DNA of 64,000 bases from an uncultured delta proteobacterium (GCA_963841435.1 CAWJCS010000003.1:320001-384000); one strand, 5' to 3'. Counted from the first letter of the stretch, positions 51,801-62,055 are shown. The notes: a model not told the origin generated them from the sequence alone. Program-made: numbers and translations.

Positions 51801-53546
51801 ATGACTTTTCGCCCTCCCGATCCCGAGCCCGAAAAAGCGCGTGCGGCGCGCAAGAGCGGGCTCCAGCCACGCGCGCTCGGGCGCCTCGCCGGAGTCGCGC
51901 TCGGCGTCGGCGCGGCGATCGCCTGCGCGTACGTCGTCCCGGCGCTCGCGGCGCTGAGGCCCTGGGTTCCCGGCGACGGCTACGTGCCGTTCTGGAACGT
52001 CGTCGGCCGCGAGCTGCTCGGGGAGGGAAAGCGTGCCCAGGCCGAGCACGAAGCGCTCGAGCGACTCACCCGCGCCGCCATCGTGGAAACACCCCCCGTG
52101 GCGCCGCCGTCAGCGCTGCCCCCCGCGGAGCCCGAGCGGCTGATCCCGCCCTACACGGCGCCCGCGGGCGGTCCGCGACCGGACTTTCGTATCGAGCCGC
52201 CCACGGCGCTGGATGGGTTCTTCGAGAAGCTCACGCTCGTCGACTTGCACGTGTCGGGGGCCATCGCCCGCGCCGGCCATTGGGGCGATTCGGTGCTCGG
52301 CCTCGACGGCATCACGTCGAGCATCCGGCGCCGTCTGCAGAGCCGCTTCGGCGACGCCGGCCACGGCTTCCACCTGCTCGACCGCTACAACCCTTCCTAC
52401 CGGCACCAGGGCATCGAGTTCGAGCCCGGCGAAGGCTGGCTCCGCTGCCTCGTCATCAACGAGTGCAACAAGCAAGACCACCGCTACGGCTACGGGGGCC
52501 TCCTCGTGCGGTCGGCGGGCGGCGCCACCGCTGCATTCCACACTCCCAAGCAAGGCTTCGGTCAGGTGGTCTCGCGCTTCGAGCTCTGGTACGCGCGCCA
52601 ACCGAACGGCGGCGCATTCGAGATCACGATCGATCACGAGCGGAAAGAACGCGTGCCGACGCGCGGACCCGAGCTCGAGGACGCCTGGTACGAGGTACGG
52701 GTGCCGCCGGGACCGCACTCCTTCAACGTCCGCGCCGCGGGCGGCGGAGAGGTGCGCGGCTACGGCGCCGTGCTCGAGAACGACGGACCCGGCGTGGTGT
52801 GGGACGGCATGGCGCTGATCGGCGGCTCGACGCGCGGCCTGCGCACTCAGGACGTCGAGCACATTGCCACGCAGATCCGGCACCGCGACCTCGATCTCAT
52901 CGTGTTCATGTTCGGCGGCAACGACATGCAGCGAAACTACGTCAACCTCGAGACGTCGATGGAGCCCTATTACGACGAGTACCTGGACGTGCTCCGCCAC
53001 TTCCGCGCGAAAAAGCCGGGGCTCGCCTGTCTCGTCATGACACTCACCGATCACGGCAAGCGCCTCGCCGACGGCAACATCGTGTCACGACCGTTCGCCA
53101 AGCAGCTTGCCACGGCCCAGCGCGAGATCGCGCGGCGCGCCGGCTGCGGGTTCTTCGACACCTACGAAGCGACGGGGGGCGAGGGCACCGTGGCTCGCTG
53201 GTTTCGTGCCCGTCCGCGCCTGGTGGCGCCGGATCTCGGTCACCCGACGAGCTTCGGGCACGAGATCATAGCGGGCCTTTTGACGGAGGCGCTGCTCGAC
53301 GGTTACGCCGACTACCGCCGTCGCGTCGCCGGCCGGCCCCTCGACGAGCTGACGAAGAGCCACGCCCCGTCGCTCGCGAAGCGCCGACCCGACGTGAGCC
53401 CCGGCGCCGACCCGCCCGCGGCGACGCCCGGCTCCGCCTCACCCGACGCGAGCGGCGCGGGCCAGCCCGACGCGGCTCAGAGCGCGCGCCCAGCTTCGGG
53501 CGACGGGGCCGACGGCGCCCGGGCCGCGCCGGCGGCTTCGCCCTGA
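51801..53546 (+). CDS. SGNH/GDSL protein (PatB/Ape-like)
   Basis: N-terminal TM; HWGDS, RFGDAGHGF, GGND, DLGH. Confidence 0.8.
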   Translation: MTFRPPDPEPEKARAARKSGLQPRALGRLAGVALGVGAAIACAYVVPALAALRPWVPGDGYVPFWNVVGRELLGEGKRAQAEHEALERLTRAAIVETPPVAPPSALPPAEPERLIPPYTAPAGGPRPDFRIEPPTALDGFFEKLTLVDLHVSGAIARAGHWGDSVLGLDGITSSIRRRLQSRFGDAGHGFHLLDRYNPSYRHQGIEFEPGEGWLRCLVINECNKQDHRYGYGGLLVRSAGGATAAFHTPKQGFGQVVSRFELWYARQPNGGAFEITIDHERKERVPTRGPELEDAWYEVRVPPGPHSFNVRAAGGGEVRGYGAVLENDGPGVVWDGMALIGGSTRGLRTQDVEHIATQIRHRDLDLIVFMFGGNDMQRNYVNLETSMEPYYDEYLDVLRHFRAKKPGLACLVMTLTDHGKRLADGNIVSRPFAKQLATAQREIARRAGCGFFDTYEATGGEGTVARWFRARPRLVAPDLGHPTSFGHEIIAGLLTEALLDGYADYRRRVAGRPLDELTKSHAPSLAKRRPDVSPGADPPAATPGSASPDASGAGQPDAAQSARPASGDGADGARAAPAASP

Positions 53547-55036
53547 CGTTCGTGCGATAGATCGTAGCGGCGCATGAGGGCATCGCCGATCGCTGCCGCG
53601 GCGCGCACGTACCCGAGCCGGGTCAGGTGGATGAGATCGCTGCTCGCGAGCGGCGGCTTCGAGGCGGCCCACGTGCGGATCGTCCCGGCGCCGCCCATGA
53701 AGGCGTAGCCGTCCCAGAACGCGCAGCCGAGCTCTTCGGACAGCCGACGCTGGGCGGCGATGATGCCGACGAGCCGCGCGCGCGCCGAGCTCGCAACGTC
53801 GAAGGGCGCGATGAAAAGGCAGCTTGCGGCGGGCGCCGCGCGCCGCAGGCGGGCGAGCACCGCGCGCACGTCGGCCTCGTACACGGAGGGGCGTTCCGCA
53901 CCGTCGAACGCCTCGTTCGTCCCGTAGGCGAACGTCACGAGGTCGGGGTTCCGGTGCCGCACGGCTTCGACGAAGCTATCGTCCTGCCAACGCAGGCTGT
54001 CGGCCATGCGCGAGCCGCCGATGCCGAGCGTGTCGAGCACGACGCCCGGCGCTTCCGTCTCGGCAACGATGCCGAACAACCGCACGGGCCCATCGCCGAG
54101 AAGCTGGACGCGGAGCGTGTGCGCGCCGGGAGCCGCTGAGAACGCGTAGTAGGCGCCGCCCGCTCGGGACGCGGCCGTGGAAACGCGAACGAGTGGCTTG
54201 CCGTCGAGCTGCAAGCGAAAGCTGCCCCCGCGAGGCTGTGCGAAATACTCGATCTCGAAACGCGTGTTCGGGGAGTCATCGTCGATGACGACCTCCGCGT
54301 AGCCGTCGGCGTTCCGACCGACGAGCGCGGCGCCGAAGAGCCCCAGCGGCTCCGCGTCGCCGCTCAGCTTGTAGCGCGCGTGGTGGACCTCGAGGGCATG
54401 CTGGCGCGCGTGCACGTCGAGCGTCCGGTGCCAGCGATTGACGCGCCCGAGCAACACGAAGCCGCGCCCGCCGTCGCCGAAACGCCCCTGGAGGTAGGCT
54501 CTCAGGTATCCCGGGTAAATGTCGGCCTGGGTGTGGGATGCACCGTAGGCGAGGATACGAACCTTGCCGTCCTCGTCCTCGCCCACGGCGAGCCGTGCGA
54601 GCGCCTCGTGGAAGTGGGCGAGCGCGGCGTCGTTCTCGATGGGCACGACGTGAGCCGCCGGCAGAGGGCGCGAGCCAACGGGGCTCGAGCTCGCGGCGAC
54701 GTCGTCGACGGCCCCGGCTTCGAGTGCCTCCTTGCGAGCGAGCACGTGACCTTCGGCGAGGCGCCGCACACGGATGAGCTCATCGCTCGGTTCGGGCCAG
54801 AGGGGCGGCGGCTCGAGCTCACCATCGCTGGGCGCCGCGTTGCTCGCCGCTCTGCCCGGCTTCTCGCTGCTTGCTCCTCGCGCCGTGGCTGCGCTCGGCG
54901 AGGCGATGCGCTCACCCACACCCGGAGCGTCGATTTTCGCGGGCTGTCGCTCGGTGTGGAAGAGCGCGGCGGAGCAACCCGTGAACAGAAAGAACAGCGG
55001 GAGGTTCTGCCAGAGGGCCCGAGGCGTCAGGGTCAC
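53477..55036 (-). CDS. Second SGNH/GDSL lipoprotein (PatB/Ape-like), convergent
   Basis: Lipobox FTGC; YGASH, RFGDGGRGF, YGTNE, DLIH. Confidence 0.8.
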   Translation of the reverse strand: MTLTPRALWQNLPLFFLFTGCSAALFHTERQPAKIDAPGVGERIASPSAATARGASSEKPGRAASNAAPSDGELEPPPLWPEPSDELIRVRRLAEGHVLARKEALEAGAVDDVAASSSPVGSRPLPAAHVVPIENDAALAHFHEALARLAVGEDEDGKVRILAYGASHTQADIYPGYLRAYLQGRFGDGGRGFVLLGRVNRWHRTLDVHARQHALEVHHARYKLSGDAEPLGLFGAALVGRNADGYAEVVIDDDSPNTRFEIEYFAQPRGGSFRLQLDGKPLVRVSTAASRAGGAYYAFSAAPGAHTLRVQLLGDGPVRLFGIVAETEAPGVVLDTLGIGGSRMADSLRWQDDSFVEAVRHRNPDLVTFAYGTNEAFDGAERPSVYEADVRAVLARLRRAAPAASCLFIAPFDVASSARARLVGIIAAQRRLSEELGCAFWDGYAFMGGAGTIRTWAASKPPLASSDLIHLTRLGYVRAAAAIGDALMRRYDLSHERQGEAAGAARAPSAPSPEAGRAL

Positions 55037-55101
55037 TACCTTGAAAATACGGCTCCCACCGGCAAAGGGCCAATCCTTGTGCCTAGCTGCTAGGGTGGGA
55101 C

Positions 55102-56187
55102 ATGGTGCGCTCCGTGCCCGGCACCGCGCCCCGCCTCCTCCGCGCTGGGCTTTTCTTCTGCTTTCCCCTCGCCTGCGGCCCCGAGAGCCGTCCGGGAGCG
55201 GCGGTGTCCACTCCCGCCCCCGCTCGAGCTTCGGCAACCGCGTCGCCGCCCTCGAGCGACGCTCCGCCCCCGCCGACGGTTCCCGCTCTGGCAAAAAAAA
55301 GCGCCCCCACACGGCCGCCTGGCCCGGCGTTTCCGCCGCCGGATGTCGCGCTGACCTCGGAGCGCTCGGCGAGCGCGAGCGACGGACGCTGGGTGCCGCT
55401 CACGCAGAAGGACGGCAGCGCGACCACGCTCTACCAGACCACCGTCCATCCGCATCCCAATAGCCCGTACGTGAGCGTCACCCTCGTCGCCATCGATCTC
55501 AGGCGACTGGAGATCGGCTTTCGCCCGGGCAAGGGTGACGTGCCGAGCGGTCCCCTGCCCTTCGCGCCGGGTCTCGTGCCGCGCGAAGCTCGCGACCGAC
55601 TCGTCGCCGTGTTCAACGGTGGCTTTCAACCACGTCATGGTCACTGGGGCATGAAGCTCGGCGACACGACCGTGGTGCCGCCGCGTCCCGACGGTTGCAC
55701 GATCGCGCTCTACGGCGACGGCGCCGTGCGCATCCGCTCGCATGCCATTCTCACGCCCACGCTGGCCGAGATGGTCGCGCTGCGCCAGACGCCCCCCTGC
55801 TTGCTCGAACAGGGTAGCCTCCATCCCGATCTGGTGCGCGGCCGCGACAAGCGCTGGGGCGGGCACACCGAGGGGCTCGTGACGCGGCGCCGCTCGGCGC
55901 TCGGCATCGACCCCTCCGGCGAGGTGCTCTTTTACGCCGTGGGCATGGAAGCGACGCCGAAGCGCCTGGCCGAAGCACTCGCCAGCGCGGGCGCCGCCGA
56001 CGCCGCCGAGCTCAACGTCAACTGGAACTGGACACGTTTCTTGCTCTTCGAGCACTCCCCGTCGGGTGCCGTCGAGGCGACGACGAGCCTCGTCGAGGTC
56101 GAGTACGGAAAGAGCGAGTACGCGACTTTGCCGTCGGAGCGCGACTTTTTCTACCTGCTCCGGCGCGACGCGTCGACCGGGCCGTGA
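55102..56187 (+). CDS. Phosphodiester glycosidase (NAGPA/DUF2233)-like lipoprotein
   Basis: Lipobox PLAC; VFNGGF, RRSALG, ELNVN. Confidence 0.6.
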   Translation: MVRSVPGTAPRLLRAGLFFCFPLACGPESRPGAAVSTPAPARASATASPPSSDAPPPPTVPALAKKSAPTRPPGPAFPPPDVALTSERSASASDGRWVPLTQKDGSATTLYQTTVHPHPNSPYVSVTLVAIDLRRLEIGFRPGKGDVPSGPLPFAPGLVPREARDRLVAVFNGGFQPRHGHWGMKLGDTTVVPPRPDGCTIALYGDGAVRIRSHAILTPTLAEMVALRQTPPCLLEQGSLHPDLVRGRDKRWGGHTEGLVTRRRSALGIDPSGEVLFYAVGMEATPKRLAEALASAGAADAAELNVNWNWTRFLLFEHSPSGAVEATTSLVEVEYGKSEYATLPSERDFFYLLRRDASTGP

Positions 56188-57470
56188 GCAGTCGCCGGCG
56201 GATGTGCCTCGTCGGGAGCGAGCGCGGCCGCTCGGCGACGGAGCACGGCTTGCTCGCGCGCGTTCTTCGTGAGCGACGCCGCCCGCTCGAACTCCGCGCG
56301 CGCCTCGGCCGAACGCCCGAGCTTTTCGAGCAGGTCACCGCGAACCGCGGGTAGATGATGGTACGCGGCCAGCGCCGACTCGGAGCAGAGCGGGTCGACG
56401 ATGGCGAGGCCCGCCAACGCTCCCTCGGCCATGCCGACCGCGACGGCGCGATTGAGCTCGACGACGGGCGAGGGCATGACGCGTGCAAGCGCCGCGTAGA
56501 ACGCCGCGATGCGCGCCCAATCCGTGTCGCCCGGCGTCGTGGCGCTCGCATGACAGGCGGCGATCGCCGCTTGCAGCGCGTACGGCCCCGCCGCGCCGCC
56601 GAGCTCTTGCGCACGAGCCAGCGCGGTGAGCCCGCGCGCGATCAAGAGCTTGTCCCAGCGCGCGCGATCCTGTTCGAAAAGGAGCACGGGCTCGCCGTCG
56701 GGTCCGAGGCGCGCCGCGGTGCGAGAAGCCTGGAGCTCCATCAGCGCGACGAGGCCGTGGACCTCGGGCTCGGCGGGCGCGAGCTCCGCGAGGATGCGAC
56801 CGAGCCTGAGTGCGTCCTCACACAGACCGGGCCTGAGCCAGTCTTCGCCGGTCGTCGCCGAGTAGCCCTCGTTGAAAATCAGATAGATGACCTCGAGCAC
56901 GGAGGCGAGCCGCCCCGCGAGCTCCGGACCGCGCGGCACTTCGAACGGCACGCGCTCGACGGACAGCGTGCGCTTGGCGCGGACCAGCCGCTGCGCCACC
57001 GTCGGCTCGGGCACGAGGTAGGCGCGCGCGATCTCCTCGGTCGTGAGCCCTCCGAGCAAGCGGAGCGTGAGCGCGACCCGCGCTTCGGTCGAGAGCACCG
57101 GGTGGCAGGCCGTGAAAATCAGCCGCAAAAGGTCGTCGCCGATGTCGTCGTCGGCCGCGTTTTCGATGCCGCTCTCGTCGGGCGCCGTCGCATCGAGCAT
57201 GGCGCCGAGCTCTTCGTGCTTGCGTTCGAGCCGCTTGCGCCGGCGAAGCTCGTCGATCGCGCGGCGCTTGGCTGCGGCCATCAACCAGGCGCCCGGATTG
57301 TCCGGCACGCCGACCTCGGGCCAGCGCTCGAGCGCCACGACGAGCGAATCCTGTGCGAGCTCTTCGGCGAGCCCCACGTCACCCAGCATGCGCGCGAGGC
57401 CCGCGATGAGCCGCGGCGACTCGATGCGGAACACGGCTTGGATCGCGCGGTGCGTGTCGGAAGCCGCCAC
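56151..57470 (-). CDS. ECF sigma factor with C-terminal TPR-like extension (ECF42-type)
   Basis: AEELAQD, DDLLRLIFTACHP, VLEVIYLIFNEGY, LFEQDRARW, YALQAAIAACH. Confidence 0.9.
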   Translation of the reverse strand: MAASDTHRAIQAVFRIESPRLIAGLARMLGDVGLAEELAQDSLVVALERWPEVGVPDNPGAWLMAAAKRRAIDELRRRKRLERKHEELGAMLDATAPDESGIENAADDDIGDDLLRLIFTACHPVLSTEARVALTLRLLGGLTTEEIARAYLVPEPTVAQRLVRAKRTLSVERVPFEVPRGPELAGRLASVLEVIYLIFNEGYSATTGEDWLRPGLCEDALRLGRILAELAPAEPEVHGLVALMELQASRTAARLGPDGEPVLLFEQDRARWDKLLIARGLTALARAQELGGAAGPYALQAAIAACHASATTPGDTDWARIAAFYAALARVMPSPVVELNRAVAVGMAEGALAGLAIVDPLCSESALAAYHHLPAVRGDLLEKLGRSAEARAEFERAASLTKNAREQAVLRRRAAALAPDEAHPPATAHGPVDASRRSR

Positions 57471-57523
57471 GGCTTCCGATCACAGCACCTTCTCCCGCGG
57501 GCGCAAGCCCGCCGGTCGTGCCG

Positions 57524-57910
57524 TCAGAACCGCGCGGCTTCTCGCACGTCGCTCGGAAAGTCCGAGAGCTCCTGGACCCTGCGCACCTCGATGGTGTCGC
57601 CGGCGCCGGCGGGGCAGCGCTTGGCCCATTCGACGGCCTCCTCCTGCGATTTGACCTGGAGGATCCAGTACCCGCCGAGTACCTCCTTGACTTCGGCGAA
57701 GGGGCCGTCGGTCACGGTGGGCTTGCCGCCCGCGAACGAGACGCGCGCGCCCGTCGAGGGCGGGTGCAAGCCGTCGAGCGACAGCAGCACTCCCGCCCTG
57801 TTGAGCGAATCGTTGTACTTGGCCATCTGGGCCACGAGGTCCGCGGGCGGCAGCGTACCCGGGGCGGCCGTTTCGTATCCCTGGGGGATCATCAACAGCA
57901 TGAAGCGCAT
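57524..57910 (-). CDS. YciI/DGPF-family protein
   Basis: VTDGPFAEVKEVLGGYW. Confidence 0.9.
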   Translation of the reverse strand: MRFMLLMIPQGYETAAPGTLPPADLVAQMAKYNDSLNRAGVLLSLDGLHPPSTGARVSFAGGKPTVTDGPFAEVKEVLGGYWILQVKSQEEAVEWAKRCPAGAGDTIEVRRVQELSDFPSDVREAARF

Positions 57911-57939
57911 GGCGTGGGTCCTTTCCTCGAAAGGCGGGC

Positions 57940-58833
57940 TCAGCAAGCCTGGCGACGGGCGATCTCGTCGCGCAACGCCTGCTCTCGCTCACGAAGCTTT
58001 TCGCCCTCTTCGCCGGGCGCGACTTCCTCGATCTCGAAGACGTGCCGGATCTCGATGCGTCCTTCGTCGGCCGCCGCACCTTCGACGTGAATCTCGAGCC
58101 AGCGCTTGGCGAGCTCGACGACCTCGTCACGTGACGCCGCCTGCACGGTGATGTAGCCAGCGACCATCTCCTTCGACTCGGCGAAGGGCCCATCGACGAC
58201 GCGGCACGCCCCCCCCTTTTTCACCACGCGTGCCCCCGTGGCACTCGGCTTGAGGCCCTCGCCGCCCAGCATCGCCCCACGCGCAACGAGATCCTGCATC
58301 AGGGCGCCCATCTTCTCGAGCACCTCCGGACGCGGCAGCTCACCGCTTTCCGTCGCGCGATCGGACTTCAGCAGCGCGAGATAGCGCGCCGTGCCGGGCT
58401 TGCGCGGCGCCGGTTCCGTCTCGGCGGTCTCGCGAGCCGCGAGCTCCTGGTCGCGCCAACCACCGGAGCGCTCGCTATCGTCGACGGGGAAATCCGCAGT
58501 CTCGTAGAGCTCGCGGATCTCGACCTCCCCGAAGTCACCGGGCACCTGCCTCGCCCACTCGAGCGCTTCTGCCTTTTCGCCCACCCGGATGAGCCAGTAG
58601 CCCGCGATCAGCTCCTTTGCCTCGCCGAACGGACCGTCGGTCACGGTCAGCTTGCCGTCGCAGAGCTCAACGATGGCGCCGTCCGAGGACGCGTGGAGCC
58701 CTTCCCCCTCCAAAAGCACGCCCGCCTTGGCCATCTTCTCGTTGAACGCGCCCATTGCCTCGAGAACCTCGGCGCTCGGCATGGCACCTGCCTCGGTCGC
58801 GGCATCGCTCTTCACCATCATCATGAATCGCAT
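57940..58833 (-). CDS. Tandem double YciI/DGPF-domain protein
   Basis: Two DGPFxExKE motifs. Confidence 0.9.
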   Translation of the reverse strand: MRFMMMVKSDAATEAGAMPSAEVLEAMGAFNEKMAKAGVLLEGEGLHASSDGAIVELCDGKLTVTDGPFGEAKELIAGYWLIRVGEKAEALEWARQVPGDFGEVEIRELYETADFPVDDSERSGGWRDQELAARETAETEPAPRKPGTARYLALLKSDRATESGELPRPEVLEKMGALMQDLVARGAMLGGEGLKPSATGARVVKKGGACRVVDGPFAESKEMVAGYITVQAASRDEVVELAKRWLEIHVEGAAADEGRIEIRHVFEIEEVAPGEEGEKLREREQALRDEIARRQAC

Positions 58834-58896
58834 CGGACTTCTCCTGGTTTGGGGCCGAGCTGCCGGCGGAGGCCTGAGCGCTCGGTCTACTCTGGC

Positions 58897-58923
58897 GACG
58901 AACGAGGTCCCGAGCTTTCGACA
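58897..58923 (-). promoter_or_regulatory. ECF42-type promoter upstream of the DGPF-DGPF-sigma operon
   Basis: TGTCGA-N17-CGTC on the minus strand, matching the ECF42 consensus as I recall it. Confidence 0.65.
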
Positions 58924-58939
58924 CGCCCGAAGCGATTTC

Positions 58940-59035
58940 TCAATTTTTCCTCAAAACACCAAAATCATTGGGGGATCGCCCGCAGGCCGCGCCGAGCACC
59001 ACCGACAGGACGAGCCAAACGTTACGGCGTGACAT
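58940..59035 (-). pseudogene. Array copy D: truncated Cys-rich lipoprotein (signal peptide only)
   Basis: MSRRNVWLVLSVVLGAACGRS, then unrelated sequence; near-identical to the start of copy C. Confidence 0.75.
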
Positions 59036-59079
59036 CGAGGAACGCTCCACTCGCTGCGTGGTAACCGAGCAGAGCGTGC

Positions 59080-59518
59080 TCACGGTGGGCAGCAGCATTG
59101 GCGGCAGCAGGGACCTCCCGGCATCGGGCAGTCTGGAGGGCCAGGAGCGAACTGACAGTACGCCTGACCAATGGTGCAGCTGCTGCACCCCGCCTCCATC
59201 GCTCCGGTTACATCGCCAGCGTTGCAATTCACTGTGAGCCCTTCCGCGCACGCTTCAAAATCGGCGACGACACATCGCAGCGCTCGCCAGCCCGACTGTC
59301 CCGCGGCACCCGACCCCCCGCTCTCGCCTCCCTCGCCCGGCACCCGCGCCGCCCGAGGGCGAGCCCGCGCCCGCCGCTGCGCCTCCGCCGACGCTACCAC
59401 CCATGCCGCCTGCCCCCGGCAGACCTGCCGAAGCGCCGGCGCCGCCGCCGTTGCTCGAGCGCCCGCAGGCCGCGCCGAGCACCACCGATAAGACGAGCCA
59501 AACGTTACGGCGTGACAT
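59080..59518 (-). CDS. Array copy C: 12-Cys lipoprotein, short linker, 1-bp frameshift near 59338
   Basis: MSRRNVWLVL...ACGRS ... GWRALRC...CCRQCCCPP; length 439 nt (3n+1). Confidence 0.7.
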
Positions 59519-59656
59519 CGAGGAATGCTCCGCTCGCTGCGTGGTAGCCGATCGGCGTCGGGGGGCTCGTCGCCGGATCCGTGCCACGCACACTGTCGTC
59601 GCGATGTTTCGTCGCCGAAGCGTCGAGGCTAGAACTGCACGCCGTCCGCACCGCGC

Positions 59657-60304
59657 TCACGGCGGGCAGCAGCATTGCCGGCAGCACGCAGATCCCAGGA
59701 TGGCGCAGTCAGGAGGGGCTGGTGGCCCCTGGCAGTAGGCTTGACCGATGGTGCAGCTCTCGCAGCCCGCGCCCATCGCCGCAGGCACGTCCGCGGCGTT
59801 ACAGTTGACACTGAGCAAGCCATCACCGCACACGAGCTGAAGGTCGGTGGCCACGCAGCGCAACGCCCGCCAACCCGACTCTCCCGCAGCACCCGAGCCG
59901 GCTCCACTCTCACCCCCATGGCCCGCACCTCCGCCGACGACCGCGCCCGTGCCGCTCTGCCCCGCCCCACCTCCGCTGCCGCTGCCCGCACCCATCCCAC
60001 CTCCGCCTCGGCCGGCGCCTCGCCCCGCGCCACCCGTCTCGCTGCCGCCTCGCCCGCCCCGGGCGCTCGCACCGCCGGAAGGCGAGCCCGCACCAGCGTC
60101 CCCCGCACTCGCACCTCCGCGCGCGGCGCTGGACCCCGCGTTCCCTCCCTCCGGCGCCGCCCCCGCACCGCCCTGCGCGACGCCACCTGTGCCGCTCGAG
60201 GCCGACATCCCCCCTGACGCGCCGCTACCATCACCACTGCTCGATCGACCGCAGGCACCACCGACGGCGACCGCCAGCACGAGCCAAACGCTACGGCGTG
60301 ACAT
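59657..60304 (-). CDS. Array copy B: 12-Cys lipoprotein (215 aa)
   Basis: MSRRSVWLVL...GACGRS, Gly linker, GWRALRC...CCRQCCCPP. Confidence 0.8.
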   Translation of the reverse strand: MSRRSVWLVLAVAVGGACGRSSSGDGSGASGGMSASSGTGGVAQGGAGAAPEGGNAGSSAARGGASAGDAGAGSPSGGASARGGRGGSETGGAGRGAGRGGGGMGAGSGSGGGAGQSGTGAVVGGGAGHGGESGAGSGAAGESGWRALRCVATDLQLVCGDGLLSVNCNAADVPAAMGAGCESCTIGQAYCQGPPAPPDCAILGSACCRQCCCPP

Positions 60305-60369
60305 CGAGGAATGCTCCACTCGTTGCATGGTAGCCGATCGGCATCGGGGGGCTCGTCGCCGGATCCGTG

Positions 60370-60640
60370 CCACGCACACTGTCGTCGCGATGTCCCGGTG
60401 AGCGTTCGCGAAATCGATTGCTGGCTGCACGTTGCGGAACGGCGTCTCTCCGTTCGTTGCCAGCGCCGTACAGTCGTCGCCGTTCGGGGCTACGCGAATG
60501 CACGAGCTCGTCGAACCGCCGGTGCCGCCGGCGCCCGCAGCACCGCCCACCGCGGGCCCGCCCGAGCCAGCCATATCCCCGCCAGCCGTGCCGCCGGTGT
60601 CGCAAGCGACGCCTACTGCCGCCGTGGGCTGCGCTCGGTG
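60370..60640 (-). pseudogene. Internal fragment of an unrelated Gly-linker protein joined to the array at a GTGGCA microhomology
   Basis: ...CIRVAPNGDD...PFRNVQPAIDFANAHRDIATTVCVA, then an abrupt switch to the conserved array leader block. Confidence 0.55.
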
Positions 60641-60735
60641 ACTCGGGCACGATGGCGCCGGTGAAACCGCAGGATCTGCGGGCTCCCTGAGTGGCCCCGC
60701 GGGCGTTGCGGGAGAAGTGGTTAAGTGGAGAGGCC

Positions 60736-61143
60736 ATGCTGACCTGGGCGCCGCTGGGTGCGCTGGTTGCGCTCCTCGCCACCGGTTGCGTCAGTACGGG
60801 CTTTGACAACTCCGCGCACGCCAAGTGGGAAACCCGACACTGGGCCCATCCGGGGATCCGACCGTGGCCGCTCGTTCTCTGGGTATACGGAGACGTGAAG
60901 GACCCGACCGGCGACCGCCCGATCGAGCGCTTTGCGCGAACGCTGGAGGAAGAACTCGTGGAACTCGGCAAAGTCCCTACCTCCGCGGCGTTGGTGCTCC
61001 GCGAAGCTGGAGTCGCGTCGCTGAGCGCGCTCCGCGCGAAGGTGCTGCGCTCGACGCGCGACCCGCAAGAGCGGGCGCGTTTGCTGGAGGGCCACCTCTC
61101 CCGCGGTTGGAGGATCAGCGACAAGATTGCTTCGATGTTTTAA
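60736..61143 (+). CDS. Hypothetical small lipoprotein
   Basis: GGAG RBS, lipobox ATGC; composition changes midway, so it may be chimeric. Confidence 0.45.
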   Translation: MLTWAPLGALVALLATGCVSTGFDNSAHAKWETRHWAHPGIRPWPLVLWVYGDVKDPTGDRPIERFARTLEEELVELGKVPTSAALVLREAGVASLSALRAKVLRSTRDPQERARLLEGHLSRGWRISDKIASMF

Positions 61144-61257
61144 TCGCGGGCCCTAACACGGTCGGTCGGCGCCGGCGGGGGTTGCGATTGCGGCGCGCCT
61201 GTTAGAGTGCCGTCGTCCTCGTCCGTCACGGGTCAAGCGAAAAGGACGGCTCGGTGA

Positions 61258-61701
61258 TCAGGGAACGGACGGCGCCGGATCGGTCCAGGGATTGAACACC
61301 GGCGCGCCGGCGCGGGCGTAGTCGGCGCGGTCGCGCGAGACGACGGTGAGGCCGTGGTGCAGCGCCGTCGCCGCGATGATCAGATCGGGCTGCGAGAAGG
61401 TATGCCCTGTTTTACGTCCCTCCTCCACGAGCAACCTCCACTTGAACATCACGTCCTCGGTCACTTCGAGTACGCGCTGCTCGAACAGGGGCCGCACCTT
61501 GTGCGCGAGCCAGTCGTTGAGCGACGCACGACGCGCGTGGTCCGTGACAAGCTCAATGCCGAACCTGATCTCCGCGAAGGTGACCGAGCTGACATAGAGC
61601 AGTTCGATCGGCTGCGCCGCGACGAAGCTGACGACCTTCCGCTCGGGTTTTGGCCGGCGGAGCTCCGAGAGGACGTTCGTGTCGAGAAGCCAGCCGGTCA
61701 C
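61258..61701 (-). CDS. vapC: VapC/PIN-domain toxin
   Basis: LLDTNVLSE, EIRFG, DLIIAATALHHGLTVVSRD, NPW. Confidence 0.92.
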   Translation of the reverse strand: MTGWLLDTNVLSELRRPKPERKVVSFVAAQPIELLYVSSVTFAEIRFGIELVTDHARRASLNDWLAHKVRPLFEQRVLEVTEDVMFKWRLLVEEGRKTGHTFSQPDLIIAATALHHGLTVVSRDRADYARAGAPVFNPWTDPAPSVP

Positions 61702-62018
61702 GGCAGGCCGACGTCGCGGACGGGCATGCGGGCACGCTTCTGTTCGATCTCGGTCTCGCGGAACGGCGACGCTTGCATTGCCGCGACGAGCGCGGCGCCG
61801 GTAACGTCCCCCTTGAGACGGCGGAACTCCTCTTCGGCGACGACGACCACGCCATCCTTGCCATGCACGGTCACGTGCTGCGGTCCGTCGCTGCGAGCCA
61901 GCCGCACGACTTCGCTCAGGCGCGCCTTGGCTTCCTGGAAAATCCAGTAGCCGGTCCGGGCCGACGCCCGGCTTGGTTTCTCCCGCTTGCGAGCCGGTGA
62001 TTTCGTAATTCTAGTCAT
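61698..62018 (-). CDS. Phd/YefM-family antitoxin
   Basis: WIFQEAKARLSEVVRLARSDGPQHVTVHG; GTGA overlap with vapC. Confidence 0.9.
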   Translation of the reverse strand: MTRITKSPARKREKPSRASARTGYWIFQEAKARLSEVVRLARSDGPQHVTVHGKDGVVVVAEEEFRRLKGDVTGAALVAAMQASPFRETEIEQKRARMPVRDVGLP

Positions 62019-62055
62019 CGTGACCAGAATAGCATATTCGATCATGATTCCGCAA
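62010..62055 (-). promoter_or_regulatory. TA promoter (probably leaderless) and operator palindrome
   Basis: TTGCGG-N18-TATTCT with a TGn extension, 7 nt before the ATG; palindrome TCTAGTCA-tcg-TGACCAGA (62010-62028) covers the start. Confidence 0.6.

Noticed and set aside
59657-60574. 305-aa ORF as a genuine single gene
   Set aside because: It is a chance in-frame join of a foreign fragment, the out-of-frame X tip and copy B, whose own signal peptide starts at 60304.
61151-61207. attC-like site (CCCTAAC...GTTAGAG, 57 bp) between the lipoprotein gene and vapC
   Set aside because: Both core boxes miss the RYYYAAC/GTTRRRY consensus by one base, the inner arms pair poorly, and there is no second site or integrase. 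An IntegronFinder run would settle it.
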